This document shows, piece after piece, positions 9,804-19,336 of a stretch of DNA of 64,000 nucleotides. Each line of letters starts with the position of its first letter. Position 1 is the first letter of the stretch. The notes under the pieces are model-generated. The model saw only the letters and a program-made list of their open reading frames with translations. It was not told where the DNA came from and did no database searches. This DNA is from Planctomycetota bacterium (GTDB lineage: Bacteria > Planctomycetota > GCA-002687715 > CAIWVZ01). The stretch covers positions 1-64,000 of the forward strand of contig JBGANV010000014.1 of assembly GCA_044222185.1 (NCBI GenBank). The letters are read 5' to 3'. A program made the translations under genes and the position numbers.

Positions 9804-9871
9804 GGGCGACGGGCTGCCGGCCTGTCGCCCAAATTCCTCTGCTGTTAGCCTGCGCGCTCAAACAGCAGAGG
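9804..9871 (+). promoter_or_regulatory. Two hairpins upstream of alaS; the second overlaps the putative RBS
   Basis: GGGCGACGGGC/GCCTGTCGCCC (9804-9830, one G.U pair); CCTCTGCTGTT/AACAGCAGAGG (9836-9871, 11 bp perfect). Confidence 0.45.
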
Positions 9872-9878
9872 CCATGTC

Positions 9879-12536
9879 ATGAAGACGGCGGCGCAGATTC
9901 GCAGCGACTTTCTCGAGTTCTTCCGGCAGCGCGGGCACGCGATCGTCCCTTCCGCGCCCGTCTTTCCACAGGACGACCCGACGCTCCTCTTCACGAACGC
10001 CGGGATGAACCAGTTCAAGGACGTGTTCCTCGGCAACGGGACGCGTCCGTACTCGCGCGCGGCCGATACGCAGAAGTGCATTCGCGTGTCCGGCAAGCAC
10101 AACGATCTCGAGGAGGTGGGGCGCGACACCTACCACCACACGTTCTTCGAGATGCTCGGGAACTGGTCGTTCGGCGACTACTTCAAGCGCGATGCGATCA
10201 AGTGGGCGTGGGAACTCCTGACGAAGGTCTGGGGACTACCCGTCGAGCGTCTGTGGGTCACCGTCTTCGGCGGCGACGAGAAAGACAAGCTTCCGGCCGA
10301 TGCCGAGGCCGAGCGCATCTGGATCGAAGAGGCCGGCGTCCCGCGCGACCGCGTGCTGCGCTTTGGCCGCAAGGACAACTTCTGGGAGATGGGTGACACG
10401 GGACCCTGCGGTCCCTGCACCGAGATCCACATCGACCGCGGCGGTCCGGAGACCAACCCTGCCGACGGCGCGAACCGCAAGACCGGCGTCAATGCCGGCA
10501 ACGAGCGGTTCATGGAGATCTGGAACAACGTCTTCATCGAGTTCAACCGCAAGGCGGACGGCTCGCTGGAGAAGCTGCCGTCGCAGCACGTCGACACGGG
10601 CATGGGTTTCGAACGCGTCGTCGGCGTGATGCAGGGAAAGAAGAGCAACTACGACACGGACGTCTTCACTCCGCTCTTCCGCGTGATCGAGCAGATCACG
10701 GGGAAGACGTACACGAGCAAGCTCGAGAGCGAGACGGACGTGGCGTTCCGCGTGATCGCGGATCACGTGCGCGCGCTCACCGCGGCGATCGCGGACGGGG
10801 CGCTCCCCGGCAACGAAGGACGCAGTTACGTGCTCCGGCGGCTGCTGCGCCGCGCGGCCCGGTTCGGGACGCAGGTGCTCGGCATGCAGGAACCCTTCAT
10901 CTACAAGGTCGTGCCGGCGGTCGTCGCCGTGCTCGGGGACACGTTCCCCGAGATGAAGGCGCGCGAGAAGCACGTGCAGACCGTCATCGAGGCGGAGGAG
11001 AAGGCATTCGCCGTCACGCTCACGAAGGGCGTGGCGTTGTTCGAAGCCGTCGCGGAGAAGGTCGTGGCTTCGGGCTCGCCGTTCATTCCCGGCGAGACGG
11101 CGTACCAGCTCTACGCGACGTACGGATTCCCCCGTGACCTCGTCGACCTCATGGCCCGTGATCGCGGGCTCGAGGTGGACGAAGCGGGTTGGGCGTCCGC
11201 CGAGGACGCGCACAAGACGGCGTCACGCGGTGAAGGCGGCGGCAAGTATCTCGTCGACCCGGACCTGCTCCGCGATCTGCCCCAGACGCAAGTCGCCTGC
11301 TATCGCGACGGCGCCAGCGATGGCACTCAGGCCGACGTGAAGCCGCTGAAGGTGATCGACGGCACGCGCCTCGTGCTCGATCGGACGCCGTTCTACGCCG
11401 AGTCCGGCGGGCAGGTCGGCGATGCGGGCGTGATCGAAGCGCCCGGCTTCCGCTTCGTCGTCACGGACACCCAGAAGATGGGCAAGATCGTGATCCACGT
11501 GGGCAAGCTCGAGCAGGGGAGTGCGGGAGCGCTCCCGGCGAAGGCCACGGCGCGTGTGGATCTCGGCCGGCGCCTCGACACGATGGCGAATCACACGGCG
11601 ACGCACCTGCTGCACTGGGCGTTGCACCAGGTCGTCGGCCATCACGCGACGCAGCAGGGCTCGCTCGTCGCGCCCGATCGCCTTCGGTTCGACTTCACCC
11701 ACACCAAGGGTCTGTCGCTGGAGGAGATCGAGAAGATCGAGGAGCTGGTCAACCGGCGGATCATCGAGGACACCTCGCTCCAGACGACGGTCGAGAACCT
11801 CGCGTCGGCGAAGGCTCGCGGCGTCACCGCGCTCTTCGGCGAGAAGTACGAGGAGAACGTCCGCGTCGTGAACATCGGCGGCTTCTCACAGGAGCTGTGC
11901 GGCGGCACGCACTGCGCGGCGACGGGTCAGATCGGCGCGTTCGCGATCCTCTCCGAGTCGGCGGTCCAGGCTGGCGTGCGGCGGCTCGAGGCCGTGACGC
12001 GCTCGGCTGCGATCAAGCGGTTGCAGGAGCAGCGGCGCGTGCTCAAGGAGGCGGCTGGGTTGCTCAAGGCTTCCGAGGGCGAACTCGCCAAGCGGATCGC
12101 GCAGCTCCAGGATCAATTGAAGGAGGCGCGAAAGGGCGGCGAGCGCGGCCGTCAGGCGGACGTGAATGCCGTGGCGTCCGATCTGCTCGCGAAGGCCAAG
12201 GTCGTCGGCGCGGCGAAGGTGATCGTGTCGCAAGTGGACGTGGCGCCGGAAGCCTTGGCGCAGATCGCCGATGCCCTGCGCAACAACCGCACGGGCGTCG
12301 CCGGGCTGCTCGCATCCGTCGACGACGGCAAGGTGAGCCTGCTCGCGTTCGCCTCGAAGGATCTGGCCGAGTCGAAGAAGGTCCACGCCGGCAACCTCGT
12401 GAAGGAAGTGGCTCCGGTCGTCGGCGGTGGCGGCGGTGGTCGTCCCGATCTCGCCCAGGCCGGAGGCAAGGACGCCTCGCGCATCGCCGACGCTCTCGCG
12501 AAGGCCAGCGAGATCCTGTCGCGCGCGCTGAGTTGA
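9879..12536 (+). CDS. alaS: Alanine--tRNA ligase
   Basis: DPTLLFTNAGMNQFK, HHTFFEMLGNWSFGDYFK, DTGMGFER, editing HTATH and ELCGGTH, C-terminal GGGGGRPDLAQAGG. Confidence 0.99.
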   Translation: MKTAAQIRSDFLEFFRQRGHAIVPSAPVFPQDDPTLLFTNAGMNQFKDVFLGNGTRPYSRAADTQKCIRVSGKHNDLEEVGRDTYHHTFFEMLGNWSFGDYFKRDAIKWAWELLTKVWGLPVERLWVTVFGGDEKDKLPADAEAERIWIEEAGVPRDRVLRFGRKDNFWEMGDTGPCGPCTEIHIDRGGPETNPADGANRKTGVNAGNERFMEIWNNVFIEFNRKADGSLEKLPSQHVDTGMGFERVVGVMQGKKSNYDTDVFTPLFRVIEQITGKTYTSKLESETDVAFRVIADHVRALTAAIADGALPGNEGRSYVLRRLLRRAARFGTQVLGMQEPFIYKVVPAVVAVLGDTFPEMKAREKHVQTVIEAEEKAFAVTLTKGVALFEAVAEKVVASGSPFIPGETAYQLYATYGFPRDLVDLMARDRGLEVDEAGWASAEDAHKTASRGEGGGKYLVDPDLLRDLPQTQVACYRDGASDGTQADVKPLKVIDGTRLVLDRTPFYAESGGQVGDAGVIEAPGFRFVVTDTQKMGKIVIHVGKLEQGSAGALPAKATARVDLGRRLDTMANHTATHLLHWALHQVVGHHATQQGSLVAPDRLRFDFTHTKGLSLEEIEKIEELVNRRIIEDTSLQTTVENLASAKARGVTALFGEKYEENVRVVNIGGFSQELCGGTHCAATGQIGAFAILSESAVQAGVRRLEAVTRSAAIKRLQEQRRVLKEAAGLLKASEGELAKRIAQLQDQLKEARKGGERGRQADVNAVASDLLAKAKVVGAAKVIVSQVDVAPEALAQIADALRNNRTGVAGLLASVDDGKVSLLAFASKDLAESKKVHAGNLVKEVAPVVGGGGGGRPDLAQAGGKDASRIADALAKASEILSRALS

Positions 12537-12590
12537 TCAACCGGAGCGCCAGGCTCGGCCTGGCTGGACCGGCGGGGCACCAGCCCCGCC

Positions 12591-12852
12591 GTGATCGTGG
12601 TGGTCGATCCGGTCGCGGCGGTGGCCAGATGTCAGCGGAACGAAGGTTGGCGGCGGATCCCGGCGAGTCCGGAGGCCTCGCCAACCGGCCGTGTGGAACA
12701 CGGCGCTCCGACACCGCCGCAGGTGTCGCGGTGGCCCAACCCTGTTCTTCGTGAAGCGTGCCCGCCGCTCGGGCCACATGGTGCTCTGGTTCGGCCTCGT
12801 CTTCGGGTTTGGAATCTCCGGGCTGATGAACGTTTGGTGCAGCCAGCAGTGA
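12591..12852 (+). pseudogene. Possible degenerate copy of the downstream membrane-protein gene
   Basis: VIVVVD in one frame and VLWFGLVFGFGISGLMNVWC* in another echo the 12869 protein (VIVVVD ... GIAAGCAIAAGLNTAC). Confidence 0.25.
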
Positions 12853-12868
12853 ACGCTGCGTCCGCGCC

Positions 12869-13219
12869 ATGACGGATCCCAACGCCCACGACGATTTGCC
12901 TCCGCCCGCACCGCCCGATGAACCAGTCGGATGCATCACCGTCTTCGGCACGGTGGGTCTGAGCCTCGTCATCGTGGTCGTCGACGTGACCGTCTGTGGC
13001 GTTGTCGCGTCGTGGCTGCGGACGGTGGGAGCCTCGGGCGCAGGCCAGGCGTGGTGTTTCGCCCCGATTTCCCTCCTCGAGCTGATCGCCGTGATCGTGG
13101 CCCTGCGCCCCATCAATCCGAAGATGTCGCGAGACGCAATCGCGCTGCGGGTCGGCATTGCTGCCGGCTGCGCCATCGCGGCGGGCCTGAACACGGCCTG
13201 CTGGCGTGTGTACGGCTGA
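12869..13219 (+). CDS. Small hypothetical membrane protein
   Basis: 116 aa with a Pro-rich N-terminus and three hydrophobic segments. Confidence 0.6.
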   Translation: MTDPNAHDDLPPPAPPDEPVGCITVFGTVGLSLVIVVVDVTVCGVVASWLRTVGASGAGQAWCFAPISLLELIAVIVALRPINPKMSRDAIALRVGIAAGCAIAAGLNTACWRVYG

Positions 13220-13262
13220 CCGACGTCAGGGCCCGTCTCCCCCCGCCGATACACTCCGCGCC

Positions 13263-13724
13263 ATGGCCACCACCAAACCCTCGCCGAAGAAGAAGGGCAT
13301 GCGGTCGCGCACGCCGTGGGCGACGAAGCTCAGGCCCGACCTGGCACCCCAGGTCATCACCGACATGCGCACGGGCGGCACCATGCTCATCCCGACGCCG
13401 ATGCTCGTGGCCGCCGAGATCCGCAAGGCGCGCCGTGGGAAGCTGATCACCGCTGTCGAGATTCGCGAGCGCCTCGCCGAGGCACACCACGCCGACGTGA
13501 CGTGCCCGATGACCACCGGCATCTTCATCAACATCGTTGCGGGCGCCACGGAGGACGATCGCGCAGCAGGCCGCAAGCTTCTGGCGCCTTGGTGGCGTGT
13601 CGTCGACGCGAAGGGGCGCATCAGCGAGAAGACGCCCCCGGGCCCCGAGCTTCAGGCCAGGTTGCTGCGAGACGAGGGCCACACGGTGTCACAGGTCGGC
13701 AGGCATCGTGTCGTCGATGCGTGA
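13263..13724 (+). CDS. MGMT/alkyltransferase-like DNA-binding protein
   Basis: PWWRVV replaces the catalytic PCHRV; also CPMTTGIF and LRDEGH. Confidence 0.8.
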   Translation: MATTKPSPKKKGMRSRTPWATKLRPDLAPQVITDMRTGGTMLIPTPMLVAAEIRKARRGKLITAVEIRERLAEAHHADVTCPMTTGIFINIVAGATEDDRAAGRKLLAPWWRVVDAKGRISEKTPPGPELQARLLRDEGHTVSQVGRHRVVDA

Positions 13725-14000
13725 CACCAACCCTCGCAGTGCGAGGCGATCGTTTCAGTGGATGAAGACTGTCCGTCGCATGTGATCCACTGCGATACGC
13801 CGTCGCATCCGGTCCGTCAGGATTCAGTCGAGAATGGGTCGCGTCCGATCCAAGAAGTAGATCGTGCCACGCGGCGTAGGCGTGCGCGCGTCTTCACCGC
13901 GGTCGGCGGATGCCGGCTGCGGATTGGGGTTGGTTGGGGAGAACGGACGGTGCGCGACGTTGGATCGTCGCCGGATCCGTCCGTGGCGGAGGAACACTCG

Positions 14001-15500
14001 ATGAACGGAATCCGTTTTCGGTTGCGTGATGCGCGGGACACCGGTGTCGTCGAGCGCAGGGCCGCAGTCGCGGCCCTCATCGCGCTCGTGTTCGGAGTGA
14101 GCCTGCTGCAGAGCTGTGGCAACGACTCCTTCGACGCTCCGGCGAACGCCGAAACGCAGTCGCTCGCACGATGGAACCAGATCTCCATCGATGCGAGCGG
14201 CCTCGATCACACTCCGTCGAACGTGGGGTTGCCTCACGTGTTCGGCCAGCAGGTCGGCCCCTGCCGCGCAGCGCGCGCCATCGCCATCGTCCACATCGCC
14301 ATGTACGACGTCGTGAATGCGATCGAGGGCGGCTTCCAGAGCTACACGGGCCTGGGTCCGGCACAGCCTGGGACGTCGCCGATCGCGGCGATAGCCCAAG
14401 CGGCGCACGACACCCTGTCGGCGTTGTTCCCATCCCAGAGCGCGATCTTCGATTCGGCACTCGCGGAGGACCTGGGCCGCGTGGATTCCGTGGCGGCACG
14501 GAACAAGGGAGTCGTGCTGGGGCAGACGGCGGCAACCGCCATCCTCGCCATGCGCGCGAACGACGGCTCGTCGCAGCCCGAACCGCAGGTGAACCTGGGG
14601 TTCTTGTGCAGCGATCAGCCCGGGTTCTGGCGGCAGGACCCGATCAGCATGCATCCGCTTGCTCTCGGCGCCGATTGGCAACAGGTGACACCATTCGTGA
14701 TGGCGACGGCGCAGCAGTTCCGCGCGCCGACCCCGCCGGCGTTGTCGAGCCCGGAGTATGCCACGGCCTACGACGAGGTGAAGACCCTGGGTGGCGATGG
14801 CGTCATCACGCCGACGACGCGCACGCAAGAACAGACCGAGATCGGAATCTTCTGGGCCTACGACGGCACGCCGAGCCTGTGTGCGCCGCCGCGCCTCTAC
14901 AACCAGATCGCCCTGCAGATCGCGCGCCAACGAGGCACCGAGGGGCTGGACCTCGCACGGTTGCTCATGCTGACGAACGTCGCCATGGCGGACGCAGGGA
15001 TCGCCATCTGGGAATCGAAGTACTACTACCAGCTGTGGCGTCCGATCACGGGCATCCGCGAGTCGGATGCCGGCACGGGCCCGACGGGGCTCGGAGATGG
15101 CAACGCCGCGACGACCGGCGATCCGAACTTCATGCCCCTCGGCGCGCCGGCGAGCAACCTCAACGGTCCGAACTTCACCCCGCCGTTCCCGTCGTACCCA
15201 TCGGGTCACGCCGGCTTCGGTGGCGCGCTCTTCCAGACGTTGCGCCGCTTCTACGGCACGGATGAGATCGCGTTCACGTTCGTCTCGGACGAGTACAACG
15301 GCGTCACGCACGACAACCAGGGGAACGTGAGGCCCTACCTTCCGAGGTCGTTCATGAACCTCAGCGAGGCCGAGGAGGAGAACGGCCAGAGCCGGATCTA
15401 CCTCGGAATCCACTGGTCGTACGACAAGACCGAGGGCATCACGCTCGGCCGGAACGTGGCCGACTGGGTCTTCGACCACTCCGCGCTGCCTGGCTCGTGA
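14001..15500 (+). CDS. Vanadium-dependent haloperoxidase (PAP2 superfamily), probable lipoprotein
   Basis: KYYYQLWRP, PPFPSYPSGH and SRIYLGIHW vanadate-binding motifs; LLQSC lipobox; GGAGG RBS. Confidence 0.9.
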   Translation: MNGIRFRLRDARDTGVVERRAAVAALIALVFGVSLLQSCGNDSFDAPANAETQSLARWNQISIDASGLDHTPSNVGLPHVFGQQVGPCRAARAIAIVHIAMYDVVNAIEGGFQSYTGLGPAQPGTSPIAAIAQAAHDTLSALFPSQSAIFDSALAEDLGRVDSVAARNKGVVLGQTAATAILAMRANDGSSQPEPQVNLGFLCSDQPGFWRQDPISMHPLALGADWQQVTPFVMATAQQFRAPTPPALSSPEYATAYDEVKTLGGDGVITPTTRTQEQTEIGIFWAYDGTPSLCAPPRLYNQIALQIARQRGTEGLDLARLLMLTNVAMADAGIAIWESKYYYQLWRPITGIRESDAGTGPTGLGDGNAATTGDPNFMPLGAPASNLNGPNFTPPFPSYPSGHAGFGGALFQTLRRFYGTDEIAFTFVSDEYNGVTHDNQGNVRPYLPRSFMNLSEAEEENGQSRIYLGIHWSYDKTEGITLGRNVADWVFDHSALPGS

Positions 15501-15509
15501 ACGCGCTGA

Positions 15510-15533
15510 CGGCGTCGCATGAACGCGACGCCG
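15510..15533. terminator. GC hairpin between convergent genes, possible bidirectional terminator
   Basis: CGGCGTCGC/GCGACGCCG 9-bp stem; no U-tract. Confidence 0.3.
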
Positions 15534-15541
15534 CGAGGTCG

Positions 15542-16462
15542 TCAGAGGATCTGCAGTCCCGACGCCTGTGACAGACAGAAGCCGTCGGGCATCGATGGCG
15601 TGAGCATGATCGTCTGCGCGCCGATGAACGTGCCCTGATTCGTGAACGCCGCCGGGATGCTCCCCGGCACGAACGCGTTCTGGAACGCGCCCCCAAACAG
15701 CAGGTTGAAGCTGAGGTGGTTCAGATCGAGGTTGAAGATCTGGCCGTTGGCGGTCGTGAGGCCGAGCGGGAGCATGGGCGTGTTGACCGTGTAGGCCACG
15801 TCCCAGGGTGCGCCGGCCAGTCCCGAGAACGCGATGGTCACGGTCTGCCCGGCCGGCACGGACGTGATCGCCGGCGTGAAACCGTTCGACAGGACGCCGT
15901 CGGCCGTCATGCCGGAGCAGGCCTGATTCGTCTGCCAGGCGACGACGTTGCAGATGATGCGAAACTTCCACGCGAGGCTTTGGAAGGGCCCGCTCCATGA
16001 CGCGCCGGCGTTGAACGACCCGCGATACGGCTGGATCGACGCCGTCGAGGTCACGGGTTCAACTGAAGCCTGGGCGCCGTTCTGCGGACCCCAGACGATC
16101 CAGTACGTCGCGCCCGCCGTGAGGGCGATCGGCGTCGGGAGTGTTGCGCCCTGCCAGTTCGGGGCGCCGGTCATGGACCAGGAGCCGGTGCCGAGGTTCG
16201 TGCCCGGCTGATTCGAGCCGGCATTGTGCGACCAGATCCCGATCGTGTTGGTTCCGCTGCCGATTCCCGTGAAGACCTCGACTCCCGACGCCGTGATGCC
16301 GGAGGGTGCGGTGAAGCGGATGCCGAGAAGGAGGTTTGGTCCCCCCATCGACGTGGCGGGGTCGAACGCGTTGCCTCCGTTCTCCGCGTAACAGGCTTGT
16401 GCGGCCCCGATCGAAACCAGGAGGTCGAGCGCAAGGACGGTGAAGATCATCCGGTGAAGCAT
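15542..16462 (-). CDS. Exported protein with DUF4082-like beta-sandwich and shared C-terminal domain
   Basis: Signal peptide AA|Q; LGIRFTAP..TIGIW..LPTPIALTAGATYWIV pattern; ends QTIMLTPSMPDGFCLSQASGLQIL. Confidence 0.7.
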   Translation of the reverse strand: MLHRMIFTVLALDLLVSIGAAQACYAENGGNAFDPATSMGGPNLLLGIRFTAPSGITASGVEVFTGIGSGTNTIGIWSHNAGSNQPGTNLGTGSWSMTGAPNWQGATLPTPIALTAGATYWIVWGPQNGAQASVEPVTSTASIQPYRGSFNAGASWSGPFQSLAWKFRIICNVVAWQTNQACSGMTADGVLSNGFTPAITSVPAGQTVTIAFSGLAGAPWDVAYTVNTPMLPLGLTTANGQIFNLDLNHLSFNLLFGGAFQNAFVPGSIPAAFTNQGTFIGAQTIMLTPSMPDGFCLSQASGLQIL

Positions 16463-16623
16463 GGCTGGATTCTGCGGTTGTGTGGTCGGGTGAGCGGACG
16501 CCGATGGCGGCGGGCGCGCATTGTAGGCGACTCGCCGGCGGTAGCGCACACGACTCATTTCACTCGACACTATTGCGTCTTGTGGAATGCGGCGTTGAGA
16601 TGTGACCGAAGGAACAGGCTGTC

Positions 16624-19236
16624 GTGCGGACCCTTGCTGTCGTCGTCATCGGGATCGGTATTCTCGTCGGACTGATCGTCCTCTCGTCTCGCGACCTGAG
16701 CGGCGACGGAGCGGACACCCCGCGGTCCATCCCGATGATCGCTCTCACGCCGTCGTTTCCGCTGAACGCGACGCCTCCTGGCGTCCCCGACCAGTCACCG
16801 GTCGGTGTCGTTCGAATCGAGCAGGACGACGCTCAGGTTGGTCCCGACCTACCCGTGACCCCCTCCCTGGACTTCGGTGTGACGGTCCTCGTTCTCGACG
16901 CCGATTTCGCCACGCCCGTGAACGGCGCGGACGTCTATTACGCAACGGCGGCCGATGGCGAGCAGGAGTTCGAGCCGCCGTCCCTGACGCCGGTGGAATC
17001 CGAGCGATGGGCACGCACGCACGGTTTGCGATTCCGGACCAACGAACGCGGCCTCGTTCGCGTTCCGCAGTCGGGAGCGCCGGCACGCGTGATCGTCCGA
17101 AACCGGGAGAAGTCGTGCCGCGCCGTCATCCCAGCCATTGGCTCGACGCGCGTTTCCGTCCTCGTGCGCCCGCCCGTTTCGATCGCGGTGGCGGCGAGCG
17201 GTCCACAGGGTGAGCCCGCGCCCGGAATCCCCTTGCTGATCTCCGCAGAGACCGGCCGGGGCTGGGAACCGATTTCCATCGCCGCGACACGCGCCACGGA
17301 TTCGACTGCGCATTTCGACAACGTGTCGATGCTGCGCGCCCTCGCGCCGTTCACCCGCGTCTCCGTGCGTCCGGCGTATTCGCCGCGCAGCGAGCCGGGA
17401 GTCATGGCAAGCGTCGCGGATTTCATGGCCGAGCGGAAGCGTCTCCATCTGCCGCCGACTGCGAGCGTTTCGGTCAAGCTTCGGATGCCTGACGGTGCCC
17501 CCGTCGGAGTGCAGGGGCGCGTGGGACTGGACGTGATCGGTCCGAACGACCCGTCGACTTCGTTCCTTCGCGAGACACCCGCGTTCCATCGCGCGACCAA
17601 TGCCGACGGTGACGTGACGTTCGAAGGCGTTGCATTGGGGGCGCGCCTCGCGATCCGTGCGACGACTTCCGAAACGACGGCGGCGGAAGTCATCGTCGCG
17701 GGTCCCACGGAGGCCGGTTCGCGGATCCAGGTCGACGTCGCGACGGGCCCTCGCATCCCGAGGGTCCGGGCCCGCCTCGTCACGGAACAGCGGGAGCCCG
17801 TGGCATCACAGGTCGTGACGGTCGTCGCGCGCACGGAATCGGCGTCCGGCCGCGCGTCGGCCGAGTACACGGCGCATTCGGACTCGGCTGGGCGGCTCTC
17901 GCTGCTCCTGCGCGACCTCACCATCGCTGACGTCACCACGCTGCACCTGAGCCTCGGCACGCTGGCCACGGGGCGGACGGCGCGGCAGTCCGTGTCGCTC
18001 CCTCGCTCGGGGCCCGACGGGTCGTTCGAGCTGGGTGACGTCATTCTCGCCCCCATCCCGTTGATCGCCTCCGGCATCGTCACCGACGACGCGGGAACAC
18101 CAGTCGCGGATGCCTCGATCGGCGCGCACCTGGAGCAAGTGGCAGCGGACGCCGCCATCCGACGGCCGTCCGAGTGGTACCTCCCCAAGGATGCAACGGC
18201 GATCTCCGCACCGGACGGCACTTTCACCTTGTACGCGCTCCTTCCGCCGAAACCGCTCGGCCTCGTCGTGTCCACGAGCACGTACCGCGCCGCCGAGCCG
18301 GTTCGCATCACTCCGGGAGTCCGCGGCATCCGACTCGTGATCCCGCGCCCGGGGAATCTCACGGGTCGCGTGGTTGCGCCGGCAGGGTGGCTCCCATCCG
18401 AGTTCCTGGTCCAGTTTGCGCGGAAGGGAGCGGGTCCCGCGCCACGCGCCGGCGGTTCGACGAACGTGATGGAACGCGTGGGACCGGACGGGCGGTTCGC
18501 GCTGAACAAGATGGCGCCGGGCTCTGGTGTCGTGTTCCTCGTGCACGAGAATTCGCGGAGCGAGGCCCTGGTGCGCCTCGACGACGTCGTCGTCGCGAGC
18601 GGCGATGCCGGTCCAGACCCCCGGCTGGCGACGCTGACGGTGCCGGGATCGTCGATGCTGATCACGGCACGTGCGCGCGGCGAACGTGGTGAGCCCATCC
18701 CCGGCACGGCCGTGACCGTGGAGGCGGATGGAAGGCCAGGCCACCATCGACTCGAGAGCCAGGGTTCGGCTTCGTCGGGCGAGGTGCACCTCGCCTTCGC
18801 CGAGCGCAGTCCCAGGACGTTGACGATTCGGGCCCCTGGCCATCGCGCGGTCACCGTCAAGGACGTTCAGGCGGACGTGACGGTGACCTTGACGGATGGC
18901 ATTCCCATCACCGTCCACGTCGCAAACCTGCCGCCATTGTCGATGGCGAGCTGCACGTACCAGGTGAGAGCGAACGACGTCGTCACGCATGAACTTGCCT
19001 CAGCGGTGCTCGACGACTCTGGCAGCGCCGCGCTGAAGATCCCGCATCCCGGGCGGCAGGACCTGCAACTGTTCGTCGTCGACGCCGTCGCAGGCGCGCA
19101 GCCCTGCGGTCCGCCCATGCGGATCGACGTTGCCGACGTCGCGGGTCCCCAGGCGTTCGAGGCGATGCTCGCGCCCGCCAACCTGACGGCGATCACCGGC
19201 GCCGTCGAATTGTTCCGGCGAGCCTCGGCAAAGTGA
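16624..19236 (+). CDS. Membrane-anchored carboxypeptidase-regulatory-like repeat protein
   Basis: N-terminal TM helix; repeated G.V.D..G.PV..A and T...G.F motifs. Confidence 0.75.
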   Translation: MRTLAVVVIGIGILVGLIVLSSRDLSGDGADTPRSIPMIALTPSFPLNATPPGVPDQSPVGVVRIEQDDAQVGPDLPVTPSLDFGVTVLVLDADFATPVNGADVYYATAADGEQEFEPPSLTPVESERWARTHGLRFRTNERGLVRVPQSGAPARVIVRNREKSCRAVIPAIGSTRVSVLVRPPVSIAVAASGPQGEPAPGIPLLISAETGRGWEPISIAATRATDSTAHFDNVSMLRALAPFTRVSVRPAYSPRSEPGVMASVADFMAERKRLHLPPTASVSVKLRMPDGAPVGVQGRVGLDVIGPNDPSTSFLRETPAFHRATNADGDVTFEGVALGARLAIRATTSETTAAEVIVAGPTEAGSRIQVDVATGPRIPRVRARLVTEQREPVASQVVTVVARTESASGRASAEYTAHSDSAGRLSLLLRDLTIADVTTLHLSLGTLATGRTARQSVSLPRSGPDGSFELGDVILAPIPLIASGIVTDDAGTPVADASIGAHLEQVAADAAIRRPSEWYLPKDATAISAPDGTFTLYALLPPKPLGLVVSTSTYRAAEPVRITPGVRGIRLVIPRPGNLTGRVVAPAGWLPSEFLVQFARKGAGPAPRAGGSTNVMERVGPDGRFALNKMAPGSGVVFLVHENSRSEALVRLDDVVVASGDAGPDPRLATLTVPGSSMLITARARGERGEPIPGTAVTVEADGRPGHHRLESQGSASSGEVHLAFAERSPRTLTIRAPGHRAVTVKDVQADVTVTLTDGIPITVHVANLPPLSMASCTYQVRANDVVTHELASAVLDDSGSAALKIPHPGRQDLQLFVVDAVAGAQPCGPPMRIDVADVAGPQAFEAMLAPANLTAITGAVELFRRASAK

Positions 19237-19336
19237 CCCGATCGCCCTCCTTCGCTGGCCACGCCGTCGCCGCACGAACGTGCAGGTGCACCACCCGGTG
19301 CTCGCGCCGATCGGTCGCTCCGGGACCTCGTGCCGC

